Assembly (NCBI GenBank): GCA_030141605.1
Contig: JAQGDQ010000256.1
Span: forward strand, 248,001 to 312,000
Length of the DNA: 64,000 nucleotides
Source of the DNA: Tubiluchus corallicola
Lineage: Eukaryota > Animalia > Priapulida
Direction of reading: 5' to 3'
Shown: positions 12,401 to 26,084 of the stretch, one piece after another
Layout of the letters: each line of letters starts with the position of its first letter
Position numbering within the stretch: the stretch's first letter is position 1
Notes under the pieces: generated by a model
Databases searched by the model: none
Seen by the model: only the letters and a program-made list of their open reading frames with translations
Told to the model about the DNA's origin: nothing
Program-made: the position numbers and the translations under genes

Positions 12401-15400
12401 CTATAGCATTAAATTTGATTATAGGTGCAATAGATTGCAGTGTGTTCACTAAACCCCTAAAATTCAGCTATGATGACAAATGATTGCTATCTTCGTGACA
12501 GTATGGTTTGAACTTTTAATAAGTTCTTTAAGTTAACTATATTTGAGAACTTTAGATGTGATTCTGAGTTCACTGCCTCTCTCGTGAAAAAGAGGAAGAA
12601 GAAGACTAGATGGTTTGGCTTGGGACAGAAGGAAAACTTAAAAATTAAAAAAAAAATGTAAATGATACTGAATAATATTTCAGCTTAGATTGCCTAAAGT
12701 GGCTATCATCCCCAATGGTGAAACTTCCATAAGTATTTACATTAGACTTTATTAACAACATGTTTTAGGTCTAGATCAGCTACAGTTTAGTTTCATTTTG
12801 TGAAAATGTGTTAAGTATATGATGACTCTTAACAGATAAGAACACTAGCATATGCAGAGTCACTGTGCACTTGTAAGCCATTTATTCCTTCCAAGATCCA
12901 CTATCTATATGAAATTCTATGTAATAGGACTATTACAAGTCGCCATTTGCTTTAACATTTGATAGTCTGCTCTGAAGTGCAAAGTTATCTAACAAATAGA
13001 AATGATAATTCACTGAAAAAGCACCCAAACTTTTATCAGCTAAATTACTAATTATTCAAACAAGTTTTGTCACTAGATCGTATTATTTGTTATTTATAGA
13101 CTAATCCTTGTACATAATTTTGTTATTGCGCCTGAGTACGAACAAATAGAAATATTAATATCTCTGGACTAGAGACCATGCCATTGATGGCACCATATAA
13201 TATTTCCCTGAATCCATTGTTAGGTTTTTTTATAGTCAACCATGGTAGCTAAACCTAATTAAATTGATGTCAAGCATATTGGTCTATCACTCCGCCTATG
13301 TTGTGACTTAAGCATGCCGAGCGGCATTCAGGACATCAGCTCCTGCTGAATATCAACTCTCTTTAGTAAACAACATGACAACTATAATGTCTAATCAGCA
13401 GAAAAAGTAATTGTGCTTTTTCATTAAACAATGTGGGGTTCTGTCACCCTACGCTGTAACACCCTTCCCTCTCAACTACATCTCGATCCTAGATGCTTCT
13501 ATGATTACCTCTGGGCCACATGGCTTTCGGTCCATCACTGGGATGCTAACTTTTAGTCCTTGGGACATTTGTAAGATTTTTTGCCCTGGCACAGGGTCGA
13601 TTGATTGTTAGATTAGTTGGTCAGTTAATTAATCAATAAATTTGATGGAGTCTGTTGAGCAGTCAGTTGTCAGTCAACTGTTAGTCATTCAACTAATCAA
13701 CTATTTAGTAGGTGTGCACGTTGAGTTGTGTTCTATGGTTTCTACTTTCTAGGCAAAAGAAGTATCAGTGTATATCTATCTCTCTGTCTATATATATCGC
13801 CAGAGAGAAACAAAAATGTGTTACAAAAATCAAGATCGATGACTATGATTTATTCAAACAAACTGTTGCCATATTATTTGGTTACCCACTATGTAGGATG
13901 TCTCAAATTACATTGATAAAGTTAGTTACAAGTATAAAGGTTGAACTACCAAGACTACAACTTGTCTCTTAATATGATCTTCTTACACTAACAGATCAAA
14001 GTGGCACAGCAAGAAATTTCCCAGAACTTGTTGATAGAGAATAAATCAAATTATTTGTGTGCTCTGGTGGTAAATTACTGAATAACTGACATTTACGTTT
14101 ATTTTTCAGCAATGTGATCAGTTTGTAGGCCCGTCAGCCTCCACTTCGAGTGCACTATTTGCCGTTATTACTCTTTTGCTGATGGAATGGTGACGTAAAC
14201 TTAGGTAATATTATCCAGTTTCTAAAATTTGTAATTACGAAATCAGTGCACACGGCGTAGCTTTCTACTTGAAATAACAACAAGATGTTAGTCTGCAGGC
14301 TGGTTTTCTTAACTCATTCTGTCTCATGACAATTTGCATATTCAGCAGCTGCCCTGTAATGACCAGACATTAGCTTACTTAATTTCACATCTTTTACCGT
14401 TGAATTTTTGAGTATTTTTAAATGGCTTATTCATTTTATGTGGTATAACTAAATGTAGTGAATAAGCGCGACATGCTTAGTTCACTAAATTTGTGAATTT
14501 GTGAATGACATGTGCAAACTTTATCATAACTTTCATCTTCCACCACACATCACGCATTATAAATTTAAGACAGTTGTCCTAAGTATCCTATGAGTATCAA
14601 GTTGGTTTGTTTAAGTGTGATTCTGTGCGCATATCGATTCTCACCTACTGCCAGAGCAGGATTGGTGTGTTTCAAACGCCCTAATGCAACCTTCTACCTA
14701 CTTTTCAGAAACTTAATACCTGAAACAGTAAGTAATAGGGAAACAACTGCAAGAATGACAAAAATGCTTGAATACTGTGATAGCTAATATATTTGCAATT
14801 TAAAACTGAATGAAAAACAGTCATGGTCCGACAATTTCTAGTCTAGAGTGGAGGGTAAACACTTGTGATGGATTAAAAAATACTTCAAGTGTGTGAGCTG
14901 TTATGATACTGTTACGAATATGAAATGTCTAAAATGAAAGAAACAAAATTGTAGTTTTATTCTTTACTACAGTTTTATCCTTTTTGTACAATAACTTGTT
15001 AGTAGTGCGATTGGGCTAATATAACTAGCAAAATAAGCTATCTAAATAGGCCCAAAAAAGACTAAGTTCTTTGTTAAAGTTTCTAGAAATAAAAACGACA
15101 CCCAGCACCCACTTAAGAATCAACATGTCTTTAATTCATATACATCATCTGCAATGTTTCGAACGGTAGAGTTGAAGTGTAGTTTTTCTGTAGTGCTGTG
15201 TTGTTATCCTTGAGAATTGTTTTCCCAATCACAAATAAGCTTCTAACAATCTCTAGAATGCAGGAAATGCACTGTCAAGCTATGGCTTATGTCTGCCCCT
15301 CTGCTGCTTAGCTGGTCCAGGGTATTCTGGCCTTGCCTATTGCTGGTTTCTACAAGTATATTTATGACATTTGTTATGTGATTCATAATTGTCTGTTGAA

Positions 15401-18400
15401 GTTTTTTTTTACATTTTGACACTTTATTGAGACAGCATCTTTTCATTCTTGTGTACAGCAGACCTGCCAGTCATAGGGGGATGCAAAATCTTTGTATGGA
15501 TAGGGTGTTCTTGGATGGATGCTTACATGACCATATAAGATATTGGGAATAATGTACCTTTCCAATAAACTATATGTAATAGATATCTTAAGCTAAAATT
15601 TAATTGAAAAGTTTTCCAAACTGTATTAGTTCCCTTGTACAAACTAACTAACCCTTGAATCATAATAAAAAATTTTCATTGAAAATGTTATTTGTAATCC
15701 AGGGATTAGGCCTACTACTGTAGGGCTATAAGCAGCAAAAGACAAAGCTGACAACAGTTTTTTGATAAAACATGGAAGTTGTAGGGTTTCCAGTTTTTCG
15801 GTACATCATGTTACTATTGATTGGCAAAATTTTTTGAGGGCTTTTCAACCTTGTAAATCTTAACAATTAGTCTTATCACACTAATCTCGCTATTCTATCC
15901 TTAGCAGTGAGTCACTCACGATTATTATATATTATTATAGATGATCAGCCTCTCAACTCTTTTAGTAATTATTAGTCTGCACTTTAATTTCAAACAAATA
16001 AAAACATCCTAACGTTTTACTGATAACATAAGTTTAATCCTTATCGACAAGAAGAGGGTGGAGCTTTTCATTAATTGCATTTATGATTCCTAGAGTGCTA
16101 GTCTTTATAGCGTCTTCTCTTTTTAGCATCTCCAGCCTGCTGAACAGCTTGTCAAAAAAGTTCTGTGCTTCAGCTGTTTAAATGTTGGTGACGGTGTGCT
16201 TGTTACTCAAAATGTAGTTCATTTTGCCTTAGAATGTCATCATTTTTGATTTGCCTTGCTGTAAATTCTCTGCGAAGTATCAGTATACAATCAGTCAGCC
16301 TATACAGGCAAGTAAAATGGCTTGTATTGCCAATAATTTTGTAAAAGTCTTTCTGAACTGAAGTCTCCTTTGAGAGTTTATGTGGGTAGTACTGAATGAT
16401 TTGCAACTTTATAGCCATTTCATGTTAGTAGTTCGGTATGTGGCTTCAAATGTGCCCTTAATGAACTGCCGCTGGATTGAACTGTGCTTGATTAGCTTTG
16501 GGCTTCAATGCCGTCTTGGTAATTACCACGAAATTGAAGCCAATTTTCCTTCTATAAACTTATGTTCTAGATGATGCGATCAGTAATGCGCTATTTGTGT
16601 AAACTTCAATCAATGAATGTAGAGCTGCTAACCAAGACTGGCAGTAAATGCATAATTATATTAGCTATGACCAATGGTATGTGTAATACTGTAGAATTCT
16701 GTGGGCATACTGTTATTTATTCATGTGATAATATAAATCAAGAAAACCCCTGCACTTCTCATTTTTCTAGAGTTTCTTAGCTAATACATTTTTCTTCAGT
16801 ACGGTTTTCTCCATATTTCTCCTAGAATATGCTAGTGTTACAATTTACATAAAATTTGTAAATTGTGACGATTACCATATTTGTTACCCAACAACAAGTG
16901 TCATCATCAGCACCAACTGAGCATTGCCTCCGACTCGGAGTTAGATCTCTAAATGAATCCACCCATGAACCTAGGCATGTCTGGCTTGACTTATTAAGTT
17001 TAAAAAGCGAGTTTGCTTAAAGGTCAGTTTGTCATCCATTTTTGTCGTATGCTTATATAATAAACAAAGTGTGTATAAAAATTTCAAAATGATTAAGCTT
17101 ACATTTACAAAATTATTTATTGTAATACTAAAAATACTTAAAACACAAGGAAACACTATTTTTAAATAAAGCTAAAAGAATTTGTCATGAAATTTTGTAT
17201 CACCTGCATGGTGTCTTATTGCAAACAGAACTTGTATTAGTAGCAATGCTGCAGCAAACTAACATTTAAACTCCTGTCATGACAGTTATGTTCAGCCATT
17301 TTAATGGTAAGTTGTTTTAAACATTATGCGAAGTCCGAAAAAACTAATCAGAGCAAGTGCATTTTTTGTTACATGCTGGGATATTGAAAACGTGACATTT
17401 TACCAGCTTGTGCATACATTGTCAATTTCGTTTTTAGTTACATGTCTTTCAAACAGGTAAGCTTACTGCAAAGTAACGTAACTTTGAATGGAAAGTTTGT
17501 TTGGGACACTTTAAAATTTCCCTTTTCTTCCCTTTAAGCACTCAATTTCATTTTCACACCATCACAGATCTGCCTGCATGTAATTTGTCTTGAAGCAAAT
17601 GTGCTTGGATCTAAGCAAAGGCAATGCTAAATCGCTTAAATGTTTACATTTCCATGAGTACAGTTAACTTATTTTGCAATTCTGGTCAAGAGGTTATGGC
17701 AAATTCACTTTTTTTATGATCCAAGTGAACCCAACTTACACTAGTACACACATGTACATATTACATAGTAGTAGTTACAATGCTACATACACTTGTATAC
17801 AATTTACTTGCAATATGACAACTAGTCTACACAACTAATTTGCATATATGGACGTGCATATATCTCACTGTACATGCTCATAATAAAAGTTACTCATAAA
17901 ATATGGCATCATACAAAATAAATAAAATTGTTGTACAAAAAAACAAGACTAGAGCAATATCAATGATGCTGAGGCTAATGCTGGCTGCTGTTTTCTGATA
18001 TTTCATCGTTGCACTCAGGCTCCTGACAAAATTGAAAACTGCTTGAGCATCTGAGACAACAATAGCAAGTGTTACTGGCATAATTTTATACATTAATGAT
18101 GCTCTCTTCAACAAAAAGTTAATTACTCAGTGGAAAAATAGACCAAGAAAAGTTCGAACGTGACTGTAAGCAACACAAAAACAGCTTAATAAACTAAAAG
18201 AGATTGAGCTGATTATGTTCAATAAATTCAAGGTCATCTGAGTTCTTCATTCAAGGAAGCTCACCAAACTCATTGACTCAGGATTACGTCTTCAAATGCG
18301 TCAAATTTCACCTTTTATCTTCGTTATGCACCTTCTCCTTCTGTCAGGCTTCATACAAAGATTGCAGTAGTATAATAATAATTCTCAATGGTTACAAACC

Positions 18401-19355
18401 GATCTTAGGTATTTCAAGTTATATCTTAGAAGCTGTATGGCTCACTACATCAGCTTTAGTAATTTTGTCATCTGCTTGGAACACAACAACCACTCGATTT
18501 GAGGACCTGCAATTGTAACGCAGTGTAATGTTATTGTTTTGTCTTGCTCTTATCTGCAATTACTGTACATATCTGATGATACTTTACGTCACTGCTGCTT
18601 ACAGTTTTGATGAAAAGATACCGAATACTCTTCTCGTTTTTTCGTATACCATGATAATAGTTTGGTTCATGAAAGGAAAGAAGACAAACCTGTCTTTTGT
18701 TTCACTTAAAGACGTACTAAATAGATGACACCTAGTAGTAAAAGGTGGCAACATGTGGTTGTACATGCAAAAAGCAAAATGCCTTTCAGAGGATTGATGA
18801 CATTGTGATGGAATCTCTATAGTGTACTATATCAGGTAAGAAAGACATGTCAGCGTGAGATTTACTGTGATGTTCACATCAAAACGTGGGGGCCACAAGC
18901 TTTGCATCAGTGCTGTCTTATGTATTTGTTTGTTATAACATTCTATAGTCTTTCAGTAAACATTTTGCATTAACTAGCCTTTAAGATCATAGCAAGTGGC
19001 TAATCAAATGTGACTGTAAAGTTTGCATAGATATGTGAGGTAATGGATCTGCTGACATTTCTATTGAGCTCACACTTTAGTTAGATGTTAAGCCTGGTCT
19101 TTTTCCAGAACACTTTGGAAAAAATCATAAACAAAATGAATAACATTTTTAAGATCGTTTTACAAACAAGTCTCTTGAAGTACCTAGTCTTATTTTGTGG
19201 AATTTAGGAAATAATTTCCTCTGCCATCACACATGCAGGCATGTAGCCGTGCGCACACACACATATACACGTTAGGAAATACATCATGCTTGCAACAATT
19301 AACCAAATAGGCAAACAGCTAATTTTATAACTGAAAAGGGGGATACTGAAAAATT

Positions 19356-19430
19356 TGAGTGAACTAGGATTTGAATGCAGAACCTTGTGCTTTCAGGCCA
19401 CTTGCTCTTGCCATTTGAACTACTGACTCA
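19356..19430 (-). pseudogene. tRNA-like relic / SINE head
   Basis: Reverse complement has A-box-like GTAGTTCAAATGGCAAGAGC and decayed B-box ATTCAAATCC. A related copy lies at ~41360-41420. Confidence 0.45.
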
Positions 19431-19625
19431 ACATAGGAGAGCTGATTAAGAAAGATATTACATACATTCAAGTGTCACACATACACACACACACACATAC
19501 CCTCACACACACATGCAACTTCTTTTGTAGAGCACCAGAGTTAACTTATATGGGGCTTTGAAATATATATTGAAAAAACTTTCACCTCAGAAGCCATATT
19601 TCAGAACTTCTATACATGACTAATC

Positions 19626-20543
19626 TTAATCAACAAACTCTTCAGTTCCGTAGTAAATGAGTCTTGCCATCTGGCCGAAGGTAGTGTCCAACTTTTTGAT
19701 ATTCTCTGGAGTGTGTTCTTTTGGCCCATCCTTTGTTAAATAATGTCTGTGTCCATACAGAAGATGTATGGCATACCACTTATACTGCCAATCGACCTTT
19801 TTTGTAAATATATCAAAAATAAGTCCTGTCGATACGCCAAATACATCATCCGGTACCCAATGTGCCATGAATGGGTTTTTCTCCAGTAGCTCCTTAACTG
19901 GAAGTTCTCCAGCATTAAAATACCACAGTGAATCATTAAAGCGGTGATACATATCATAGTATTTTAGCAAAAAGGGTGCTTGCCTTGCACTGACTTGAAT
20001 CTGATTTCCCATTGTGTTTTCTACTTTCTTTCTTGTCCATCCTACTGTAAAACTGTACTCTCTGAAAATGTCAAAGGATCGAACAACATAAACATCATTG
20101 TCGAGATAGATACCTCCATATTCCATCAGGATTTCCATCCGTGCCACATCTGAAGCATGTTGAATGACTTTTATGCTACGACCAAATATGCTTTTTGGTT
20201 TTTCACGTGGAATAACTTTAATCGATTTCTGGTGCTTTAACTGTTCCCAGAACTCTCCGGTTGGTGGAGTGTCACAGTGAATAAAAAGTTTTTCAGGCTT
20301 AATGTTCACCAAGGCAGATTTGATACACAGCATTTCAACAAAGGTGACATGCGGTTGCCCAAACCGAACAAAGTGAACAAAGTTGGGCACAATATATTTT
20401 GGTTTTGCAGTGCTGTGCAATAACTTGCTGTCATTTTTCTTCTTCATATTGAAAAACCTTATCGCATGCTCATTTAGTTTTGTCATGTAAAAGTAACACG
20501 TAAACACAATCATTGCTCCAATGATAACTATTGGAAAAATCAT
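19626..20543 (-). CDS. GT32-family DXD glycosyltransferase, paralog 2
   Basis: 305-aa ATG-initiated ORF with N-terminal TM segment, IVPNFVHF, HASDVARMEILMEYGGIYLDNDVYV and TTFGQMARLIYYGT. Acceptor tacttgcAG just upstream (exon starts 20551). Confidence 0.92.
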   Translation of the reverse strand: MIFPIVIIGAMIVFTCYFYMTKLNEHAIRFFNMKKKNDSKLLHSTAKPKYIVPNFVHFVRFGQPHVTFVEMLCIKSALVNIKPEKLFIHCDTPPTGEFWEQLKHQKSIKVIPREKPKSIFGRSIKVIQHASDVARMEILMEYGGIYLDNDVYVVRSFDIFREYSFTVGWTRKKVENTMGNQIQVSARQAPFLLKYYDMYHRFNDSLWYFNAGELPVKELLEKNPFMAHWVPDDVFGVSTGLIFDIFTKKVDWQYKWYAIHLLYGHRHYLTKDGPKEHTPENIKKLDTTFGQMARLIYYGTEEFVD

Positions 20544-23500
20544 GATGTGACCTGCAAGTATAAAAGCAGTATAAATTGACTGCCCTCCTTACTTTCAAGC
20601 CTGAAAGATATTACTAAATTTAAAAACCTTTATCGTATGTAAGCTACCTAGTGACTATTGTTGCCACATGTAACATCATCAGTTATAGGAATATTTGTAG
20701 ACAGAAAATCTTTTATAAATTTAAAATCTGTGCATATTTCTTTATTATTGCTGGGTAGAATTATTCTTCATTTGTAGCACTCTCCAATATTTTTAAAAGT
20801 AATGCGAATGTGTGGTACAGTAAATTCTCGACAAATGAAAAAGTAAGGAGCAGTTAAGGTTTAGTGTCAGCTGTTCTGAATTGATCACAATACATGTAAT
20901 ATGCATTATTATGTTGTAATATAGGCCTATATAAAGTAAGACGTAACATGGCCTGCGAACAATATGTTTGAGTGTAAATTGAGGATACTGATAATTGATT
21001 TACTGATAAAGCTCAGCTGTTCCAGAGATCACCTTGTGTCATACTTGGGTATTTGCTCTGAGCATGATAAATTTGGCAAATTTACAGTAGATGAATGAAC
21101 TAGCATTTTACCTCATCTGCTTTGTCCTAATGATTTGTTGAACTTAATTTTAGTCGTAACGTGGAATAGTCTACAAATGCCTAAATTATGTTAAACAAAT
21201 GAGAGATCATAATTAAGCAGGAATCATACAATATTTTACAGTTACAGTGGAAAAGACCCAAATGTGCACCACCAAACCAAAGACATGCTCACATTGAAAT
21301 TAGTTGAGTTTTATCATGTGGTCAAAATCAGAACTAGAGGTTATCACAGATCAGGGATTCAGAGCGCACAAAGCTATATAATGATGTATGCACTAAATCA
21401 CTGTCAATTTTATATGGTAGAGTAGGTTTTTTTATTTAGTAGGACAGTGCTCTTATATTGAAATTGTCTGTAGTGTATTGGTAAATTCATTCAATCTGAA
21501 GTGGTGACTAAAATTAGAAGAGAAGACTAGTTTAAACCAAAATTTAATTGATATTTTAAGTGATCATATAGCTGTGTTATTGCAGGTGCTGCAACTTGTG
21601 GCATACTTCATTTGTATCAGCATGCATCACTATTTTCTGTATCACAGCACCGTAATACAGAATCTGATGTTGAATGCCAGGTAAAGGAAAATACAAAAAG
21701 GGCGAAATTGAGCAGGTGCAGTAGATTCGGTGGAAATACACAAAAGTAATAGTTCCACACAGAGCGAAAATGACAGAAGATTAAAATATGTTAAATGTGC
21801 TGCATCCTTGGCTTACATTTTCTGCTGCATCTGGCTGCATCCGCCACGTTCAGAATCCACTTATTATTTGTTGTCATGGTCACTGAATTTCACTTAGAAA
21901 CATGTACTAACATTCTTATACAAAAATTGTGTGTTAGCAAACAATGTGACATGAATCAATAATCTTAAATGAGAGGACTGAACGCTTCACAATACTGTAA
22001 CAACTCAGCTCACTTTTCTTTTGAAAAAGCATTCTAACGAGAGTAAAAAGGGTAATTTGTGGAATTCTATGAACAACTTTCGTTTCTTACACTGACCGTA
22101 AATGTTGTTGATCTCAGGTTTGTGTTTTCAAGTATGACCTTCTGTTTTGGTTGCAAAAAATGGGTATGTAATTTGGTAAGCTAAGAAAGTTCTGCATTAG
22201 ACTTTGCCTATATTCTTCACCAACAGTCATAATAGTTGTCATACCGTCAAGGTTGTAGCCAAAAACGTCTGCAAAATTCCGTTTTCATGTTTGCACATTA
22301 TAATTACACATATCATGTGCAAAAAGTACAGATTTTCCTAGACTATATCCGTAACTTCAGCCTGTATGGTTATCTGGCAAGGCTAAACATCTTGGGCTGA
22401 TGGTGACCAGAGTAGTTGATAAGGATTTTTATTTTTCATGTTGTGTGCCACTTAGGTTTAGTCTTAAATAGTAAGTTAAACTGACAAATTTGTAATCTTA
22501 ACTGAAGAACATAACAGCTAAAGTACTTAAACATAGTGAGAGTGGAAGCTACTATCGAAGTCTGACTAGACAGAATGCCCTACAATAAGATCAACGTTTG
22601 ATGTAAGTAGTTTAGGTGGAAGTACAAAAACATTTCCTTTTATACGGCTAATATTTACTGGTATTCTATGAGCAACAATTATCATAGTTTATCAGTCTTT
22701 TCATCTTTTTTTTACCAACATTACTGAGATAATTATATTTTTCCTCAGAACGTTAAGTGACACCACCAAGAAGATAAAAAATGTAAAAAATGTTTAAGAA
22801 AATTTAGTATGGTAATACAGAAAATAAAAAATGAGAACTAGAGTATTAAGTGCAAACCTGAAATCGGCTTCATTGTGCACAAATGGAAGTTAAAAAAATG
22901 CAGGAATAAACATATATGTCAAAGCAATTTCTGTGATTCTGTCTTAACTTTAGTGATCTCATAATTTAGTTGACATTGAAAACAATGGCAATATGTGAAA
23001 CAATTGCTTCTTAGAGACATTCTAAAAGACAATGAGTTGGTCAGTAGATTGTTATCTAACTTCGCGTTTGATTCAGTACTGTTTAAATGCAGTCTGCAAA
23101 CCAGGATCCTTCACTGAACAATGGAGGGCTACTTAGTGTAAACGACTGTGGCAGGATAGAAACTTAGTTGATTATCAAGGATAATCTATGATGAGACAGT
23201 GGTTGCCAATCAGTTTACTAATTCAGCTCGACATTGCTTAATTTCAATCACCATATAAGCACTCAGATATTATCACTGTAAGGGAAATAGGGCCATTTTT
23301 TATTCAACATAAAGTAATATAAACCGTGTCAATTGCAAATAAAAAAAGAAATTTATTGATGTTGTGAGCAAATTTTCAAGACACTGTCTCATTATCAAAT
23401 TACAGCAAGTGATGGTGTTCGTTGTGTCACTAATTTTGTATTTTGGTGATTGGTGTGCTTTTTATTACTTTTTGTTGGCTCAACAAAGACTGCTGTAGCA

Positions 23501-24695
23501 TACAGGATTACTTTTTATTGGAATGTAGATTCAGTTGGACACTTTGTAAATCCGAATGCATCACTCTTTGGCAGTGCTTGCTACAAATGTTAAATGTGCT
23601 CTTCAATTAGGCAGTAGCTGTTCTCTAGATACTTCTTCACCTATAACTATTACTTAACTTCGTAGCCCAATAAACACTGCGAAAACACTGTAACTACTGA
23701 GCTGTGTAATACCTTACTCAACAAATAAATTTAATAATTGCAGACTATTCTGCAATTCTGACTATTTTGCCAGAATTACCATTCAAAGGATTGTTTCATT
23801 TCCAATAAACACTCGTTTGGTCTATCAAAGCAAGACTTATTGAATCTTGAATTTGTTTCATAAATTTTTTTTAAAAAGTGTATTGTGTGTCTTAGGATAA
23901 ATACATAAGACAAAAGTGCTTTGCTTATAGTGTCATGCTTAGCAAAAATTATAGCTACCATATAGATTCAGTGAGTTATATATAAACTTTATTTAGAAAG
24001 GATTTTAATAGTAACTAGTAAGACAAAAAGCTTAGCCTGTCACAATCATATACATTAAGTAGTTCTTTTTATTGTGCACTAGATTTTGGCTTGCAGCATA
24101 TCAAACTAAAAAAAAGAGAAAAATAGTTGGGTATAGTATGACTTAGGTAACACTTTGTTTTAGAAACAATGTATGTTTTATGCAGTAACATTGTAAAAAC
24201 ATTCTTATTGTCAGCCGTCACACAATTTTAAATTAAAGCAGAAAACAGGTATATAAACATACAAAATTGATCTAATGAGGACATTTATCAGTCACTATTT
24301 TTGGTTTTGTTCTTTAGGACAATTTATTAAACTTATACCTTTACTGTTTTAGCAATGTTTCCTATATGCACAAAGAATTGCCAAAAAATTATTATCTTTC
24401 CTGAAATTGATAGATTGTTAGCTTCTTTCTGCTCAAGATTCATAGACTGTGAGAGTAGGATCGCTCGTTTGTCAAAATTATATAGCAGGTGACAATATAT
24501 GTAGCTACATGTTGTAACTACCCGACTGACTGCTGGTAAGCAGCTTTGTTAACAGCCACAGATCTGTGTGTCATTCTAGTATTAAATCACATGTGTCACT
24601 TGAACCCATTCCCTATAAAACTCAACCGTTTTAAGGAGCTTCACACTTGTCAAGTCAGGGCAAACAATGCAAAGAAAACTTTTGCACGAGCTTAA

Positions 24696-25627
24696 TCAAA
24701 CAAACTCTTTTGTTCCATAATAAATGAGTCTTGCCATCTGGCCGAATGTACTGCCCAGTGTTTTTATATTTTCTGGAGTGTATTCTTTGACTGGATCCCC
24801 AGCCCATTCTTTTCTGTGTCTATACATAAGGTGAACAGCATACCACTTGTTCTGCCAGTTGATGTTTTTGATAAATAAATCACCAATTAGTGCTATTGAT
24901 GTGCCAAAAACATCGTTTGTTACCCAGTGAGCTGTGTATGGGTTTTTCTCCAGTATCTCGTTAACTGGAACTTCTCCAGCATTAAAGTACCACAGAGAAT
25001 CAATAAAATTGTGATACGTGTCATAGTATTTTAGCAGAAAGGGAGCTTGCTTAGCACTGACTAGAATCTGATTTCCAATCACGTTTTCTTCCTTCTTTCT
25101 TGTCCACCCCACTGTGAAACTGTATCCCCTAAACTCTTCAAAGGATCGTGCAACATAAACATCATTGTCAAAATACATCCCTCCATATTCAATCAGGATT
25201 TCTAGCCGTGCCACATCTGATGCATGTTCAATGACATTTATGTTACGGCCGAATATTCTTCTTGGTTTTTCACGTGGAACAATTTCAATCGCTTCATTGT
25301 GACTTATCTGTTCCCAATACTTTCCAGTTGGTGGAATGTCACAGTGAATAAAAAGTTTTTCAGGTTTAATGTTCACCAATGCAGATTTGATGCACAACAT
25401 TTCAACGAAAGTGACGTTCGGTTGCCCAAACCGAATAAAGTGAACAATGTTGGGCACAATATATCTTGGTTTCTCAGTGCTGAGTAACAATTTGCTGTCA
25501 TTTTTCATGTTTTTTTCATTTGCATAGAAATATCTTTTGCCATGCTGACTTAATTTTGCCAAGAAAAAGTAACACATAAACACACATATAGCTTCAACAA
25601 GAAGTATCTTAAAAATCCTGTTAGGAC
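24696..25627 (-). CDS. GT32-family DXD glycosyltransferase, paralog 3 (main exon; start codon uncertain)
   Basis: Intact ORF with HASDVARLEILIEYGGMYFDNDVYV and STFGQMAR. The frame is open back to acceptor ttcttcttgcAG at the homologous phase-1 position. Confidence 0.88.
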
Positions 25628-26084
25628 CTGCAAGAAGAAAAAAACATAAACATAAATTTATAGCTGACTGTCACACTTATCACAAACAGCTTGACAAACT
25701 TAGTCAACATGTCTCAGTTGTAATGCATTTTCACTTTTGTTGTTGAGGTAAATCATTCTTTATTTGTAGTCAGCACTCTGTAGTATTTTTTTAAATACTT
25801 GGAAACCTAGCACACAATAAATTTGACCAAAAAATTGCTGCTATAAGGGACAGCGCTAATTGATCCAAACTTATAGGATATGTGTAGTTAATTATCTCCT
25901 GTTTGAATAGTGTCTATGTTAGATGCAGTGGAAAAATATGTGCATCCCTCTCTGAACATTTTGCATCTGTCTCCAAAACATTTAGGCAAAACCAGTCAAA
26001 CTTGGCATATTGGTATTAATACCCGGTTGTTAAGGATTGTTAAGATAATACCCGGCTGTTACTTTGTTTGTGAAGGTTCTAAGG

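Noticed and set aside
17890-18520. Possible fourth GT paralog remnant (acceptor-like ttgcAG|GTCCT near 18507, hydrophobic ORF)
   Set aside because: No GT32 motifs follow in the frames I read.
263-25627. Horizontal transfer of bacterial-type intronless glycosyltransferases
   Set aside because: The genes have spliceosomal acceptors and type II anchors, and single-exon catalytic domains also occur in animal GT32 genes such as A4GALT.
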